DNA of 64,000 bases from the human T2T-CHM13v2.0 reference genome, Homo sapiens. The stretch lies in NCBI RefSeq assembly GCF_009914755.1, contig NC_060927.1; one strand, given 5' to 3'. A program made the position numbers and the translations under genes. Of this stretch, positions 61,817 through 64,000 are shown in pieces. The number at the start of each line of letters is the position of its first letter. Position 1 is the first letter of the stretch. The notes under the pieces were generated by a model. It was not told the origin of the DNA, searched no databases, and was given only the letters and a program-made list of their open reading frames with translations.

Positions 61817-62719
61817 GGAAGAGTAATGGCACAGGTGCTGAGTGTTAGCTCTACCTCCTAGACATACAAAGTTTACCAATTGTGGTCAAGTATGGAGCTT
61901 TGACCTTGGAAATGTTCTTTCCCCACTCTGGAAATGGTAGAGTTACCAACATGGAAGTAGTGGCTCTACTTCTTTGGATTCAGTTTCTCAGAAAGAAACC
62001 ACATTTTGCAGTCTAGTCCCATAAGCTTGGATGAGCTGAATTCTAGAGCCTCATTTCTTCGTGCATTGAATCCCAAAACCAAGTTTTCCAACTTTTAAAA
62101 CATGTATTTCAGCTTAAAAGGGCTTTTTCTTGCTCTGATCGCCCTTATATTCATGCCGTGATTTAGAGTCAATCAGCAAAGACTATTTTCAATTTCCTTA
62201 TGTTCTTCTTTCTTCATCCTTGTGTCCAGGCCAGGGCAGTACCCCCTACCCCAGTCACTAACCACCATCAGGCATCAGCATCAGTCTGCTCTCCCAAGGG
62301 TATCTGCTATTAGTCACATACATCTCAACATGAGTTTCACTATTTTTCTTTCTCTTAGGGAATTATTTTAAAATCTATCCAAGGACTGAAAGATTTTCCC
62401 CAATTACAGGAAGGTAGGCCTCAGTAGTGGGTGGAGGATAAAATTTCATACAAGAAGACCTTCATATTATGCTCCAAATCACACCACATATGTAATAGCC
62501 CAGTCTGCCTAATATGTGAGGCCAGCCCTGCTTCTATTTCCTGTACTGGAGGAAATTCCTTCCCCGAAGGTTCCACTGTGTCAAAGATACACATCCACAA
62601 ACACATGCACAGAGATGTTCTCTGTAGCTTAGGCAGTCTCTCCCCTGTTCTCCCAGTCCCCTGCTTCTGGCACAAATAGAATCCCCATGACTTTGCCAAG
62701 ACTGGTTGTCATTACTGTG

Positions 62720-63091
62720 TGATATGGTTTGCCTGTGTCCCCACCCAAATCCTCATCTTTAATTATAATCCAAATTGTAACCCCCACATGTTGCAAGAAA
62801 AATCTCATGGGAGGTGATTAGATCGTGGGGGTGGTTCCCCCATTCTGCTCTTGTGATAGTGAGCGAGTTCTTATGAGGTGGTTTTATAGGGGGCTTCTCC
62901 CCAGTTCCCTCTGTACTTCTCTCTCCTGCCATCATGTGAAGAAGGATGTGTTTACTTTCACTTCCTCCATTATTGTAAGTTTCCTGAGGCCTCTTCAGCC
63001 ATGCAGAACTGTGAGTCAATGAAACCTTTTTCGTTTATAAATTACCCAGTCTCGGGCAGTTTTTATAGCAGCGTGAGAATGGACTAATGCA
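62720..63091 (+). mobile_element. THE1C/D-like MaLR solo LTR
   Basis: TGATATGGTTTG...CATGTGAAGAAGGA...GTAAGTTTCCTGAGGCC...GGACTAATGCA; TSD CTGTG/CTATG. Confidence 0.92.
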
Positions 63092-64000
63092 CTATGGTTG
63101 ACTGTTTTCTTCATTTTATATCATAAATGAGCATCTGCTTTGTCACTGGGTCAGAACCTAATTACTTTTAAAGTGTGGTAAAGGAAGTTAGTATAGGAAT
63201 AAAGGCTCGTGTTCTCTTTTGTAAAATGAAAATCCTTTTGCAATGGGGATAATCCATTTATTGATTCAAGAAGCATTTGTTTGTTCCCTTAATACAATCC
63301 TGTAGATTCTTAAGAAGACAGTAGATGACATTCCAGTGGGGATCCAATCTATGGCTGCAGTATTGGGTGTGGTATGAGGGGGTGGGAATCGCCAGATCTA
63401 AAATCTGTGAATCTGTGAAATCTTTGAAATGGTTGCTCAGACATTTGAAAGTTCAGGTGCTTGAATCAAATTATAAGGCAACAGGACCCAGAACTGAAAC
63501 AACAAATGCCCATTTACAATCTTTGCTTGCTACCTTTTCACCTTGGCTCCACGACAGTTTCCTCTTCTAACAAGACTCTAAAACTGCATGTTGCTAGCAT
63601 GGAGTGAGCACCCACCCACCTGTTTCACCATCACTCTGTCCTGATGGCAGGCTTCATAACAGAAGACAACATCTTATATCATGGTATCTCTATCCAAGAC
63701 CACCTCTGACATCCTCCCCTCCACCACCTTGTTGACATCTCTCATAGATTGAATGCGTCATCTGGATGACAGTTTTTGAAACTTTGTCTGAAGTCCAGAA
63801 AAAAGAGTCAGGAGTTAGACAAAGGCTGAGGGTTAATGAACCTCTTTTTACTACACGCACACCTTGCAATCTCTGGCTTTGACAGCCCACGTGATTCTGC
63901 CTCTTGCCTTGTGGCAGATTAGAGTGGGGGTGGACAGGAAGAAAGATAATAACTTTGGAAGGCTGAATGGAGCACATTTCAGAAGACCAAATCTTTCTTT

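Overview
Non-coding simian-primate genomic DNA, probably human or a close relative given the AluS, THE1, MLT2A and LTR10 elements. I found no protein-coding exon, RNA gene, CpG island or CRISPR array, and the supplied ORFs look like chance or repeat-derived frames. The window is a patchwork of ancient MIR and L2 fragments, old L1M pieces, about 14 solo LTRs, five DNA-transposon MITEs, three AluS elements, one FLAM and several microsatellites. Between these lie repeat-free blocks with clustered developmental TF motifs. I did not find a new multi-gene system. The best-supported unusual item is a templated insertion: an 82-bp segment at 36913-36994 is copied 2126 bp downstream (39039-39120, one mismatch), and the copy is bracketed by an 11-bp target-site duplication with junction microhomologies, just upstream of a solo LTR10 that keeps its promoter motifs. 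All ten MLT LTRs lie on the minus strand and there are good plus-strand splice signals, which hints that the window is inside a long plus-strand intron. Repeat subfamilies were assigned from recalled consensus sequences, and boundaries of old repeats are approximate.
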